Under the pieces are notes generated by a model. The model was given only the letters and a program-made list of their open reading frames with translations, ran no database searches and was not told the origin of the DNA. This document shows positions 39,301 to 48,411 of a DNA stretch of 64,000 nucleotides, one piece after another. Origin of the DNA: Nibricoccus sp. (GTDB taxonomy: Bacteria > Verrucomicrobiota > Verrucomicrobiia > Opitutales > Opitutaceae); NCBI GenBank assembly GCA_047602425.1, contig JASGHG010000001.1:768001-832000 (forward strand), in the 5' to 3' direction. A program made the position numbers and the translations under genes. Numbering within the stretch: position 1 is the stretch's first letter; each line of letters starts with the position of its first letter.

Positions 39301-40703
39301 TAGAAAAAAGACAAGCCGTCCGAGGGGAAACGGTCATCACCGCGGCCAACGGCAAGGTTGACGACTATGAGTATATCTACAATCCGGTCCTCTCCGACGA
39401 TGGCGAAGTCACCGCCGTAGTCGGCTCCTCCCGATTGATCACCGGACGCAAACAGGCGGAGAACGAACTCAAGCGCGCCCGCGACGAGGCATTGGCGGCG
39501 TCCCGCGCGAAGGACGATTTTCTCGCGGCGCTCTCGCACGAACTGAGAACGCCGCTCAATCCCGTTCTCTTGCTGGCCAGCGACGCGGCAACGAATCCCG
39601 AAATCCCCGCCGCCGTGCGCAGGGACTTCGAATTCATTCGCAAAAATGTCGATCTCGAAGCCCGACTGATCGACGATCTCTTGGACATCACCCGCATCAC
39701 GCGCGGCAAGCTGCCGATCGACCAACGCAATTGCAGACTTCACGGCATCCTGAAGGATGCGTTGGCCAACGTTCAGGCCGACATGCGCGAAAAAAAGATC
39801 GAGCTCCGGGCGGATTTCAAAGCGTCTAAATCCACCGTCTGGGGAGACGCCGTCCGCCTCCAGCAAATCTTTTGGAACATCCTCAAGAACGCCGTCAAAT
39901 TTACGCCTCCGGAGGGCACCATCTTGTTAACCACCGAAAATGTGGATTCGAAGGTCGTCGTCACCATCACGGACACGGGAATCGGAATGACACCCGATGA
40001 GATCGCGAGGATCTTCAGAGCCTTCTCGCAAGGTGAACACGCTGCACCCGGCACAGGCAGCCACCGCTTCGGCGGGCTCGGTTTGGGTCTCGCGATTTCG
40101 AAAATGCTCGCCGAATTGCACCACGGGAAAATCGAAGCTTACAGCGAAGGGCGCGGCACCGGCTCCCGTTTCGTTGTCGAGCTTCCCCTTCATGAAATCG
40201 CCGGCGATGAGCAGCACTCGCCTACTCTGTCACGTCGTGTGCAAACGATCTCGCCGTTTCCCGGCGCGGCCGAAGCCCGCAAGACCGCTTGCGCAGGCCG
40301 GAAAATTCTTCTCGTGGAGGACCACGCCCCAACCAGGCAAACCCTGCAACATCTTTTGAAAAGCCGCCATTTTGAAGTGGTGGCTGCGAAGACTGCCGGC
40401 GAAGGACTGAAATTCGCGCGGGAATCCGAGTTCAGCCTGATTATCTCGGACGTCGGCCTGCCGGATAAGTCCGGCTTTGAATTGATGAAGGAAATCCAAA
40501 GCTTCAAGCCGGCTTTGCCTGGCATCGCCCTGAGCGGCTACGGCATGGAAGACGATCTCGCGCGCTCGCAGGAGGCGGGATTTTCCGTGCACCTGGTAAA
40601 ACCGATTGCCATCGGCATATTGGAGGAGGCGATCAACAACCTTTTGCCACCGACACCGCCGGCTCTTTCGCTCAATGAGCGCGGCGGCAGCCAGCCCGGC
40701 TAA
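36342..40703 (+). CDS. Hybrid sensor kinase: CHASE8-like periplasmic domain, HAMP, five PAS, GAF, HisKA, HATPase, REC
   Basis: TAALAFSD, NDELGRLTVAFNAML, SSDDAIIGKD, SHELRTPL, NILKNAVKFT, DTGIGM, GGLGLGLAI, ILLVEDH..SDVGLPD..HLVKP. Confidence 0.93.
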   Translation: MPTTWLRNLPVQKKLGFAMLVTSLVALLVACAVFVGLEHVDYKRNLTETVNTLGRITAENCTAALAFSDQRTAEQTLETLLAEPQIVGAILYDTNGNVFARFSPKPDQLLQKVSNAAGVRVEDGYVIGVQPVMEGSRLLGTLYLQASMDTLYQRFRRSAMIAAGILTLSIALAWQIASILRLTLAQPILELVQTADAVSVYQDFGRRARQFGNDELGRLTVAFNAMLERTQNAVRALRESEWTHRELVRALPIAAYMCDVRGKITLYNDAALNLWGRAPEVGIESIDQVMKISRVDGSPLPNKATTVADPAHPGNLPEGEEILIERPDGTRRSVMPYPRVMRNTNGQVVGHVTMLLDITDQKKADADARRLAAIVASSDDAIIGKDLNGIITSWNHGAQVLFGYTAEEMVGQSIMTLIPQGKEPEEQNILGRLKHNEFTKYEETVRRRKDGSLIHVSITVSPVHDRQGRIVGGSKIAHDITARKHAERQANFVYELSHRLSTVTDPDETIRVISREVGLHMGVDRCFFCLLDPTGTQSVVKEDWAREGFRSITGIHRSVDFGTPELWRQLSTGPHAVNDTAENPIILNHGPGYGALKIASHLSVPFIRNDKWIATLAVACGKPRIWKREETEFLENVLARVWPMVERAISQRELQESERRQRELMQALPVPCYTMDRQGRLSFFNDAAEQLWEKKPSLGDSDWFTLLSSHETPLSFEDSPAGIAMIERHPVRGVEGVVLRPDGSKRWVILHSDPIFEQPGECSGVVNVVLDVTAERTAQLKVRKTAEHLSLAIASAKLGDWSWDPVSDRLTLSKRTAEIFGVPHATDLKRAQMKHLIHKDDQPRSEAAMARALKNHSDYDIEYRITWSDDTVHWVAAKGRPIFGKDGEVQAMVGVVQDITERKEQAQKLSDLANEIEEQARLFDAILSNLTDHAYAFGPDGRYIFANRPLLEALHSRMEEVVGKNALELGFPVELAQQIQNQIRTVIEKRQAVRGETVITAANGKVDDYEYIYNPVLSDDGEVTAVVGSSRLITGRKQAENELKRARDEALAASRAKDDFLAALSHELRTPLNPVLLLASDAATNPEIPAAVRRDFEFIRKNVDLEARLIDDLLDITRITRGKLPIDQRNCRLHGILKDALANVQADMREKKIELRADFKASKSTVWGDAVRLQQIFWNILKNAVKFTPPEGTILLTTENVDSKVVVTITDTGIGMTPDEIARIFRAFSQGEHAAPGTGSHRFGGLGLGLAISKMLAELHHGKIEAYSEGRGTGSRFVVELPLHEIAGDEQHSPTLSRRVQTISPFPGAAEARKTACAGRKILLVEDHAPTRQTLQHLLKSRHFEVVAAKTAGEGLKFARESEFSLIISDVGLPDKSGFELMKEIQSFKPALPGIALSGYGMEDDLARSQEAGFSVHLVKPIAIGILEEAINNLLPPTPPALSLNERGGSQPG

Positions 40704-41221
40704 TTTGCACCGAGGCGGGCAACCTCCACGTTGATTTTCGAGGCAAGGGCCGTCAGAGAACGATCCATCCTGAATTTGTCCATCAAGGTCTGTTGGAGCA
40801 GTTCCGCGATTTCCTCGTTGCCGAGCAGTTCCGCGAAGGTGCGCAACGTGCCGTAGCCGGCGATCCCGTAGTGTTCCATTTTTTGCGCGCCGCCAATCAG
40901 CGCGGCATCGCGAATCGCCGCCAGTGCGTTCTCCTGCATTCGGACGAGTTCGCTGGAGACCAGCCCTTCCATCCCCTGGCTTTTTCGACCCGATGAAGGT
41001 GCGTCAAGCAGGATGAAAGCATGTTCCAGCCTGGCGAGATGGATTTTAGTCCTTTCCGTATGTTCTTGGAAGGTCAGGCGCAGGTTTTCGTTCTGCGCAG
41101 CCTCGGCCATTTTCGGCAAAATGTCGACGAGCTGCCGTTCCGCATCGTAGAGATCGCTGAGTTCGTCAATCAGCAGCTCACGCAGCGTCAGAACCTTGTT
41201 GAAATCCGGTGTTTGATCCAT
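40700..41221 (-). CDS. Ferritin-like DUF892 / YciF-family protein (second copy)
   Basis: LRELLIDELSDLYDAERQL..LPKMA, AQKMEHYGIAGYGT; clear paralog of 9362-9880. Confidence 0.9.
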   Translation of the reverse strand: MDQTPDFNKVLTLRELLIDELSDLYDAERQLVDILPKMAEAAQNENLRLTFQEHTERTKIHLARLEHAFILLDAPSSGRKSQGMEGLVSSELVRMQENALAAIRDAALIGGAQKMEHYGIAGYGTLRTFAELLGNEEIAELLQQTLMDKFRMDRSLTALASKINVEVARLGAN

Positions 41222-41236
41222 GGCGGCGGAGTGCGG

Positions 41237-41806
41237 TCAAGAAGCCAGTTTCTGTCGGGTGTGGATTCCCTCCGCAAATTCCTCGACCATCTTTGCGTTG
41301 AATTCGGGTAAATCGTCCGGCGTTCGCGAGGTCACCAATCCATGGTCGTTGACCACCGCTTGATCCAGCCACTCCGCGCCCGCATTGATCAAATCCGTTT
41401 TGATCGCGCGCGTGGAGGTCAGGACCCGTCCCCTCACGACATCGGCCTCGATCAACAGCTGGGGGCCATGGCAAATCGCCGCGACCGGTTTTCCCGCGTC
41501 GAAAAACGCCCGGACAAATTCCGGCGCGGCCGGGATGGTGCGCAAGGTGTCGGGGTTGATCACGCCGCCCGGCAAAAGCAAGGCGTCGTAATTATCCGGG
41601 TTTGCCTCATTCAAAGGTGTATCGACCTTGTACATCTGCCCGTAGTTTTTGTGATGCCAGGATTTCACCGTCTCATGATTAGGCGACACGACTGCGACGG
41701 TGGCGCCTGCCTCGACCAGGGCGCTGTAGGGCTGTTCCAATTCGGACTGTTCGAAGCCGTCCGCGATCAGGACCGCAACGGATTTTCCCTCTAGACGTGT
41801 GTTCAT
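41237..41806 (-). CDS. PfpI/YhbO-family (DJ-1) protease/glyoxalase
   Basis: VAVLIADGFEQSE, LLLPGGVINPD, AAICHGP, LVTSRTPDDL; start ATG 41806. Confidence 0.93.
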   Translation of the reverse strand: MNTRLEGKSVAVLIADGFEQSELEQPYSALVEAGATVAVVSPNHETVKSWHHKNYGQMYKVDTPLNEANPDNYDALLLPGGVINPDTLRTIPAAPEFVRAFFDAGKPVAAICHGPQLLIEADVVRGRVLTSTRAIKTDLINAGAEWLDQAVVNDHGLVTSRTPDDLPEFNAKMVEEFAEGIHTRQKLAS

Positions 41807-41834
41807 GATTTTCTCCTTGTTGATGGTGATAGCA

Positions 41835-42176
41835 TCAAGCGGCCCGACCATAACGGCGTTCCCGAGTCCGCGCGGCCTTCTTGGCTCCCGCCGAACGGCT
41901 CGCCGAAACTTTTTTCCTTCCGCTGCCAATCGCGGAATCGCTGGCCGCTTTCTTTTTGATTCCCGGCTTTGATCGCGAGGGCGCTCCCAGTTTCACGCCG
42001 GCACGGCGGGCTTCGGATAAACCGACTGCGATGGCTTGCTTTCGCGAGCGGACGTTGCCGCTCCCCTTTTTCATCTTGTGCATTTCCTCACGGATGAACT
42101 CTCCAGCCTGCGTCGTGGGCTTTTTCCCCTGTCGTGCGGCCTTCCTGGCTTTATTTTTGGTGGTTTCTGTTGGCAT
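41835..42176 (-). CDS. Small, highly basic putative DNA-binding protein (DUF6496-like)
   Basis: TQAGEFIREEM, SRKQAIAVGLSEARRAG, Lys/Arg/Ala-rich tail; start ATG 42176. Confidence 0.75.
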   Translation of the reverse strand: MPTETTKNKARKAARQGKKPTTQAGEFIREEMHKMKKGSGNVRSRKQAIAVGLSEARRAGVKLGAPSRSKPGIKKKAASDSAIGSGRKKVSASRSAGAKKAARTRERRYGRAA

Positions 42177-42243
42177 TGCCCAACATAGCCCCGGCCGGCA
42201 AGTTGCTCCATCCGGAAAACACCGGGTGCCCGGACCCAACGAA

Positions 42244-42930
42244 TTACGCCCCAGCGGCCGCTTTTTTCCCATGCCATGGCTTGCCGGCGGCTTCGTCCGA
42301 TACAAATTGGTCAAGCGCCTGGCGGCCCGGATGCTTTTGTGTGTTATCCTTGGTTCGTCCCACCGCGAGCAATGCAATGACCTCGACGTCGGCGGGCAGC
42401 GAAAAGGCCTCCTTAACTTTTTGCGGATCGAAGCCCTCCATCGGCGCGGTGTCCCAACCGAGGTCCTCGAACGCGAGCATCAAATAGGTGAAGGCGATCA
42501 TCACGTGGCGGTTCAACCAGACCGCCATGTTCATTTTGTGGACAAAATCCGAGGCGCTCTTGGCCAGACGTTCGGCTGCCGAACCATCCATGCCCAACCG
42601 CCGCGCTTTTTCCTGCTGAATCCTAACCAGCGGTTCCTCCCAGCCTTCCTTCAGCCCATAGGCCACAATAACCAGCGGCGCCTCGGTGATCTTTTCCTGG
42701 TCGTAGGCTGCCTTCCTCAGCGCCACCCGGTTTGCCTCATTCCTCAAGGTTAGGAAACGCCATGGCTGCGTATTGAAACCCGAGGGTGCCTCGGCAGCGG
42801 TCAGGAAGGCCTGGGTGATATCGGCCTCGGGAACTTCGTCCGGCAAAAAGTGTGCCGTAGCCCGGCGTTGTCGAACTAGCTCGGCAAAGGACGACGAGCC
42901 AGAAGGTGGCGATGGTGTTTTTGTGTTCAT
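42244..42930 (-). CDS. Nitroreductase-family protein
   Basis: RQRRAT..F, APSGFNTQPWRF, DTAPMEGFD; start ATG 42930. Confidence 0.92.
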   Translation of the reverse strand: MNTKTPSPPSGSSSFAELVRQRRATAHFLPDEVPEADITQAFLTAAEAPSGFNTQPWRFLTLRNEANRVALRKAAYDQEKITEAPLVIVAYGLKEGWEEPLVRIQQEKARRLGMDGSAAERLAKSASDFVHKMNMAVWLNRHVMIAFTYLMLAFEDLGWDTAPMEGFDPQKVKEAFSLPADVEVIALLAVGRTKDNTQKHPGRQALDQFVSDEAAGKPWHGKKAAAGA

Positions 42931-43137
42931 TCGATTCCGATCATACGCGAACACGGCGAGCGGGTTATCGAGGGATCTGCGGCTCGCATCAGGGGGATTT
43001 TCCCCTGAGAAAAAAACGAAGTGTTTTCCATTCCGATCCTCCCACCCGTTTTTCGGAGCCTTTGGTTTTCCCCGCCAATTGATAAAGGCAACCCGATACC
43101 GGAAGGTGCGTGGCTGCAAAACAACACAATTACGACA

Positions 43138-43707
43138 ATGCGTATACAGGGAATATTCGCCGCGTTCTTTCTCGCCTGCCCCGTGTTGGCGATTGCCCAA
43201 AATAGCGGCGGCTTTGATTTTAATCGTGGCGTCCCAAGCACCGGATATTATGGGCCGCACGGTGGGGAATCGGACTTCATGGTGGGTGCCAGCGGAACAG
43301 CGAACAGGCGCATGGACGACACCCTCGCCGGTTTGAATTTCTCGCTCGGCCATTATTTCACAAATATGCAGGCGCTGGTTCTCCGACAAACGGTCAACTA
43401 CAGCCACCCTGCCGGGGGCGACCGCGCGTGGAGCGGCTCCAGTCGGCTCGCGTTCGATCAATACCTTTCCCCGCACAGTCGCTGGCGTCCTTTTATCGGA
43501 GTCAATTTTGGCGGAGTTTATGGCGATGACGTGACGGAAACCTGGGCCGCCGGACTCGAAGCAGGCATGAAATTTTATGTCCGTCCACGGGTCTTTATCG
43601 AAGTGATGGCGGAGTACGCGTGGTATTTCCGGCATTCGAACAACATCGACGATCGTTTTGATACCGGCCACTGGAACTGGTCGCTAGGTACAGGTTTCAC
43701 ATTTTAA
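43138..43707 (+). CDS. Small outer-membrane beta-barrel protein
   Basis: Signal peptide, alternating beta strands (RPFIGVNFGG, GLEAGMKFYV), C-terminal Phe (GTGFTF). Confidence 0.8.
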   Translation: MRIQGIFAAFFLACPVLAIAQNSGGFDFNRGVPSTGYYGPHGGESDFMVGASGTANRRMDDTLAGLNFSLGHYFTNMQALVLRQTVNYSHPAGGDRAWSGSSRLAFDQYLSPHSRWRPFIGVNFGGVYGDDVTETWAAGLEAGMKFYVRPRVFIEVMAEYAWYFRHSNNIDDRFDTGHWNWSLGTGFTF

Positions 43708-43762
43708 GCAGTTAATCCGAAGGAGAATCACCCTTCGCCCATTCCTCCATTCATTCTTCGCC

Positions 43763-45649
43763 ATGACATCTTTTTCCGCTCCCACCACCGCACGCTTGGA
43801 AGCGCTCGCCTTGCGGGTGCGCCATCTTTGCGTGAAGATGACAAGTCTCGCACAGTCGGGGCACCTCACGTCCTCGTTGTCGGCGACCGATTTGATGGTC
43901 GGACTCATGTTTGGCGGTACGTTCCGGTTCAATACGCTTTGCCCCGATCACCCCAACAACGACCGGCTGCTCTTTTCCAAGGGCCATGCTTCGCCGCTCT
44001 TCTACGCGCTCTGGACCGTGGCTGGAACCGTTGAAGAAAGCGAACTCGACAGCTACCGGCGCCTCGGCAGCAAGCTCGAGGGGCATCCCACGCCTCACTT
44101 TCCTTATGCCGATGCCGCAACCGGTTCCTTGGGGCAAGGTCTCGGAATCGGTTTGGGCATGGCTCTGAACGCACAAAGGCTGGACCGCCTGAATTTCAAA
44201 ACCTACGTGCTGCTCGGAGACAGTGAAATGGCCGAGGGCTCGCAATGGGAAGCCATCCAACTCGCCGCCTTTTACAAGGTTTCGAATCTCGTCGGAATCA
44301 TCGATGTCAATCGATTGGGACAAAGCCGCGAGACCATGGTCGGCGCCAACCTCGATGCCTACGTCCAACGTGTGAGAGCGTTCGGCTGGAAGGCCATTCC
44401 CATCGATGGCCACAATTACGATCAAATTCTTAAGGCCTACCGAGAAGCTGCTGCGGAAACGGAACGTCCCTCGATGATCATCGCCGCGACGATCAAGGGA
44501 AAAGGCATTTCATTTTTGGAGGACAAAGATGGCTGGCACGGGAAAGCGTTGAAAAAGGAAGAACAGGCAAAAGCGGAGCAGGAACTCAGTCTGGCCGATC
44601 CTAGCGCGTCCGGCGAGATCGCGATGCCGGACGCCAACACGCCAAACGTGATCGAATCCGGAGAAACGGAGTCCCCGCACTATCGCTTGGGCGAGAAGAT
44701 CGCCACCCGTGTCGCCTACGGAAATGCGTTGAACCGCCTCGCGGATAAATTTCCGCAACTGGTGGCCCTCGACGGCGAAGTCAGCAACTCGACCATGTCG
44801 GACCTTTTTGCGAAAAAACACCCGGAGCGGTATTTCGAAATGTTTATCGCCGAGCAAAACATGGTCGAGGTCGCGCTGGGTATTTCCCTCTACGGAAAGG
44901 TTCCGTTCGTGTCGACCTTCGCCGCGTTCTTTTCCCGGGCGTTCGACCAGATACGCATGAGCCAATATTCCCGGGCAAACATCAAGTTCGTCGGTTCGCA
45001 CGCGGGAGTTTCCATTGGTGAGGACGGCCCTTCCCAAATGGGCCTTGAAGATATTGCCATGTTTCGGTCGGTGCTGAATTCCGTCGTGCTGCATCCGTGC
45101 GATGCCGTTTCCACGGATCGGCTGGTTGAGTCCGCCGCAACGACTGATGGGATCGTTTACCTCCGCACGCTTCGGCAGGGCACACCCGTGATCTACGAGA
45201 ACGCGGAAGACTTCCCCATTGGCTCAAGCAAGGTGCTCCGGCACAGTCCCCACGATCACGTCACGCTCGTGGCGGCCGGCGCGACCGTTCATGAGGCGCT
45301 GGCGGCGTACGAGCTGCTCCTGAGCGACGGAGTTTATGTCCGCGTGATCGATGCCTACAGTATAAAACCAATCGACACCGCCACGCTTCGGCAGGCGGCC
45401 ACTCACACCGGCATCATCGTTACCGTCGAGGATCATTTTCCCGCCGGCGGCCTGGCCGATGCCGTGCAATCCGCCCTCGCGTCGGATCCGGTGCCAGTTA
45501 TTTCCCTGGCGGTGCGAACGATCCCCGGAAGCGCGACGCCCGAGGAACAGCGGGAGGCCGCGGGTATTTCCACAAACCACATTGTCAAAACCGTCAGGGA
45601 TCTGCTCGCCGTGCGGGAATCGCAATCGCTGGCATCAGGCCACCGCTGA
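43763..45649 (+). CDS. tkt: Transketolase (628 aa)
   Basis: SGHLTSS, FSKGHA, EGHPTP, TGSLGQGL, GDSEMAEG ThDP motif, IAEQNM, GEDGPSQM. Confidence 0.95.
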   Translation: MTSFSAPTTARLEALALRVRHLCVKMTSLAQSGHLTSSLSATDLMVGLMFGGTFRFNTLCPDHPNNDRLLFSKGHASPLFYALWTVAGTVEESELDSYRRLGSKLEGHPTPHFPYADAATGSLGQGLGIGLGMALNAQRLDRLNFKTYVLLGDSEMAEGSQWEAIQLAAFYKVSNLVGIIDVNRLGQSRETMVGANLDAYVQRVRAFGWKAIPIDGHNYDQILKAYREAAAETERPSMIIAATIKGKGISFLEDKDGWHGKALKKEEQAKAEQELSLADPSASGEIAMPDANTPNVIESGETESPHYRLGEKIATRVAYGNALNRLADKFPQLVALDGEVSNSTMSDLFAKKHPERYFEMFIAEQNMVEVALGISLYGKVPFVSTFAAFFSRAFDQIRMSQYSRANIKFVGSHAGVSIGEDGPSQMGLEDIAMFRSVLNSVVLHPCDAVSTDRLVESAATTDGIVYLRTLRQGTPVIYENAEDFPIGSSKVLRHSPHDHVTLVAAGATVHEALAAYELLLSDGVYVRVIDAYSIKPIDTATLRQAATHTGIIVTVEDHFPAGGLADAVQSALASDPVPVISLAVRTIPGSATPEEQREAAGISTNHIVKTVRDLLAVRESQSLASGHR

Positions 45650-45655
45650 AATACC

Positions 45656-46879
45656 ATGAATCGCATTCGACAACTCACGACCCTCGGCCAATCGGTTTGG
45701 CTAGATTTCACGCAACGCAGCTTCGTCGCCTCCGGAGAACTCAGAAGACTGATCGAACAGTGCGGTGTTTCCGGCGTTACCTCGAATCCGGCGATTTTCG
45801 ACCAGGCAATCACCGAAACCTCCGATTACACCCAAGCGATCGAACAGGCGGCGCGCAGAGGTTATCTTTCACGCGACACGTACGAGCAAATCATCGTGCA
45901 GGACATCAAGGCGGTCGCGGACGAACTCCTCGGAGTCTTCGGGCACAAAAATCGTCACGATGGTTTCGTCAGCCTCGAGGTGGCGCCACATTTTGCGCGG
46001 GACACGAACAAGACCATGGTCCAAGCCCACGATTTCTGGCATCGCGTCGGCCGGCCCAACCTGATGATCAAGGTTCCAGGAACAATGGAAGGGCTGGCGT
46101 CCATCCGGCAACTTATCGCCGATGGCATAAACGTGAACATCACCCTGCTGTTTGGCCTCAAACGATACGCAGCCGTCGCGGAGGCTTACATGTCCGGTCT
46201 GGAGGATCGGTTGGCGCGCAACCAACCCATCGAACACATTTTTTCCGTCGCGAGTTTCTTTATCAGCCGCATCGACCTCCACGTCGACCCTTTGCTGACC
46301 GAACCAGCGCTTCAAGCCAGGCATCCCGCCAACATCCTCGCTCTCAAAGGACAGGCCGGCATAGCCTATGCAAGGAAAGCGTTCGAACAATACACGCGCT
46401 TGTTCCAATCCGAACGTTTCAAACGCCTTCGAGCCCAGGGAGCGAAACCGCAACATCTGCTTTGGGCGAGTACGGGAACGAAAAATCCCAACGAACGCGA
46501 TGTGCGCTACGTGGAAGCCTTGGTTGGACCGGAAACCATAACCACTCTATCCCGCCCAACGCTGGAGGCGTTCATCCATCACGGCGAGGCTTCGGTTCAA
46601 CTTCCCGGCAACTTGGGCGAAGCGGATGCAGTCGTGAGATGCTTGGGCGACGTTGGCATCGACCTGGAAGCCGTCGCCGCCCAGCTCGAAGAGGAGGGCA
46701 TTCAGAAATTCACCCGTTCCTTCGATCATTTGATGTCGGAATTGGAGCGCAAACTCGCGGCCGCACGCAAAAGCATCGGAAAATCCCCCCAACCGAACCC
46801 TTCGCCAGCGACCACCAGCCAGGCTCTTTCAAGCCCTGCCGGCGAGGCCAACATGCGCATCGACAATCCACATCCATGA
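45656..46879 (+). CDS. tal: Transaldolase
   Basis: GQSVWLD, GVTSNPAIF, VSLEV, NLMIKVP (Schiff-base Lys), NVNITLLF, SVASFFISRID, LWASTGTK. Confidence 0.95.
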   Translation: MNRIRQLTTLGQSVWLDFTQRSFVASGELRRLIEQCGVSGVTSNPAIFDQAITETSDYTQAIEQAARRGYLSRDTYEQIIVQDIKAVADELLGVFGHKNRHDGFVSLEVAPHFARDTNKTMVQAHDFWHRVGRPNLMIKVPGTMEGLASIRQLIADGINVNITLLFGLKRYAAVAEAYMSGLEDRLARNQPIEHIFSVASFFISRIDLHVDPLLTEPALQARHPANILALKGQAGIAYARKAFEQYTRLFQSERFKRLRAQGAKPQHLLWASTGTKNPNERDVRYVEALVGPETITTLSRPTLEAFIHHGEASVQLPGNLGEADAVVRCLGDVGIDLEAVAAQLEEEGIQKFTRSFDHLMSELERKLAAARKSIGKSPQPNPSPATTSQALSSPAGEANMRIDNPHP

Positions 46880-47970
46880 TCTTCTCCCCCTTCGAAAATG
46901 AAAGCGATGGCGCCGGTTCTGGAGCCCCGGAACGAAATGCCGCCGTAGCCTGCGGCATTCGATTGATACTGTTCACGATCGCAGTCGTCCTGCTCGGCCT
47001 GGTGCTCTGGCGCCTAAGGGACATCGCCCTTCTTTGTTTTGGCGCCCTGATCGGCGCGCTCATTCTGCGGAGTCTCGCCGCGCCCTTGATTCATCGTTTG
47101 GGCCTCTCCGACGCCGCTTCGGTCGCTCTAACGATCTTTGTCGTCCTTGCGGTGTCCGGGGGCTTCATTTTGTTTTTCGGAAATCAAACCGCAGCGGAGT
47201 TCGGGGAATTCCAGCGCCTGATTCCAGCTTCTTTCGATCGGCTTAATAATGCCATCAACGGAAGCAGCATAGGACGGGGGTTGATCGACCTTATCAAACA
47301 TACCGCGGCCGACACGAAGACACTGACCGGCATGGGGACCGTGGCGGGCGGCCTGGTGGAAGTCGTCACCGAAGTTTCGCTCGTCGTTTTTCTCAGTATC
47401 TATTTCGCGTTCTCCCCCAATATTTATATTAACGGCTTTATGCGGCTCGTGCCTAAACGCCACAAACCGCGCGTTTCCGAGGCCTTGGACGGTGCCACGA
47501 CCGATCTCAAGAAGTGGCTTCTCGCCCAGCTTTATGCGATGGTCATCATTGGATTACTTGTAGGCATTAGTTGTGCCATCCTGAAAATTCCGCTGTCCTT
47601 GTTGCTCGGTGTATTCGCCGGCCTCCTGGAATTCATTCCGGTCGTCGGACCGGTGTTGTTCGTAGTGCCCGCGGTGTTGATCGCTTTTACCCAAGGCCCC
47701 GCAACGGTCGTCAAAGTACTGATCGTCTACTTCGCGATGCAACAGCTCGAAAGCAATGTGATCACGCCCCTGCTTCAGCAAAAGGCGGTGAAGTTACCGC
47801 CCGCGGTAACGCTCCTCGCTATTGTCGCCGGCGGACTACTCCTGGGGCCAAGAGGCGTGATCTTTGGCCTGCCTCTCACCGTTGTTTTGATTTCCTTGGG
47901 CAAACGACTCACAGATAGTTCGGCCGGCAGTGAAACCGTGGCGGATTTCCGGACGCTCAAACAATTTTGA
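46876..47970 (+). CDS. AI-2E family transporter
   Basis: Multi-TM; AGLLEFIPVVGP, QQLESNVITP; real start ATG 46876 overlaps the tal stop (ATGA). Confidence 0.9.
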   Translation: MIFSPFENESDGAGSGAPERNAAVACGIRLILFTIAVVLLGLVLWRLRDIALLCFGALIGALILRSLAAPLIHRLGLSDAASVALTIFVVLAVSGGFILFFGNQTAAEFGEFQRLIPASFDRLNNAINGSSIGRGLIDLIKHTAADTKTLTGMGTVAGGLVEVVTEVSLVVFLSIYFAFSPNIYINGFMRLVPKRHKPRVSEALDGATTDLKKWLLAQLYAMVIIGLLVGISCAILKIPLSLLLGVFAGLLEFIPVVGPVLFVVPAVLIAFTQGPATVVKVLIVYFAMQQLESNVITPLLQQKAVKLPPAVTLLAIVAGGLLLGPRGVIFGLPLTVVLISLGKRLTDSSAGSETVADFRTLKQF

Positions 47971-47973
47971 AAT

Positions 47974-48015
47974 AAAAAAACCGGGGAAACGGTCCATGAT
48001 ATCCGTTTCCCCGGT
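47974..48015 (-). terminator. Rho-independent terminator between convergent AI-2E and CsbD genes
   Basis: 13-bp stem ACCGGGGAAACGG (47980-47992) / CCGTTTCCCCGGT (48003-48015); A-run gives a U-tract on the minus strand. Confidence 0.75.
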
Positions 48016-48045
48016 CATTAACGGCGGGTCGACCCGGCGGCACCG

Positions 48046-48243
48046 TCAAGTGCAGCCGCATTCCCGCTCGATAAAACGTTGAATTCGTTCCCGCGATTCG
48101 CCGGTTTTCTTTTGGATTCTGCCAACGAGTTCGTCCTCGGCTCCATCCGTGTAAACGAGATCGTCATCGGTTAATTGGGAATACTTCATTTTCAATTTAT
48201 CCTGAACGCTGTCCCAGTTTCCTTTCAATGTGGTCGTATTCAT
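48046..48243 (-). CDS. csbD: CsbD/YjbJ-family general stress protein
   Basis: LKGNW...KLKMKYSQLTDDDL...DELVGRIQKKTG. Confidence 0.9.
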   Translation of the reverse strand: MNTTTLKGNWDSVQDKLKMKYSQLTDDDLVYTDGAEDELVGRIQKKTGESRERIQRFIERECGCT

Positions 48244-48411
48244 ATAATTTAATCCGGGGTTTTATTGTCTGCGGACTTTGGAGAATCCGCGTGGATATTA
48301 CATGAATATAATAAATACTATCTCGCGCTTTTGGGATAGGGTCGCAGACGCTTGTGCCTCTCCGCTAATATCCGCATCGTGCCGTCGGCTGGAATCGCAT
48401 TTCCGAGTGGC

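Noticed and set aside
42931..43671. Apparent long N-terminal extension of the nitroreductase
   Set aside because: Antisense to the beta-barrel gene; the nitroreductase domain starts at 42930
45697..46875. Apparent 393-aa N-terminal extension of the AI-2E transporter overlapping tal
   Set aside because: Arg/Pro-rich off-frame read of tal; the real start is the ATGA-coupled ATG at 46876
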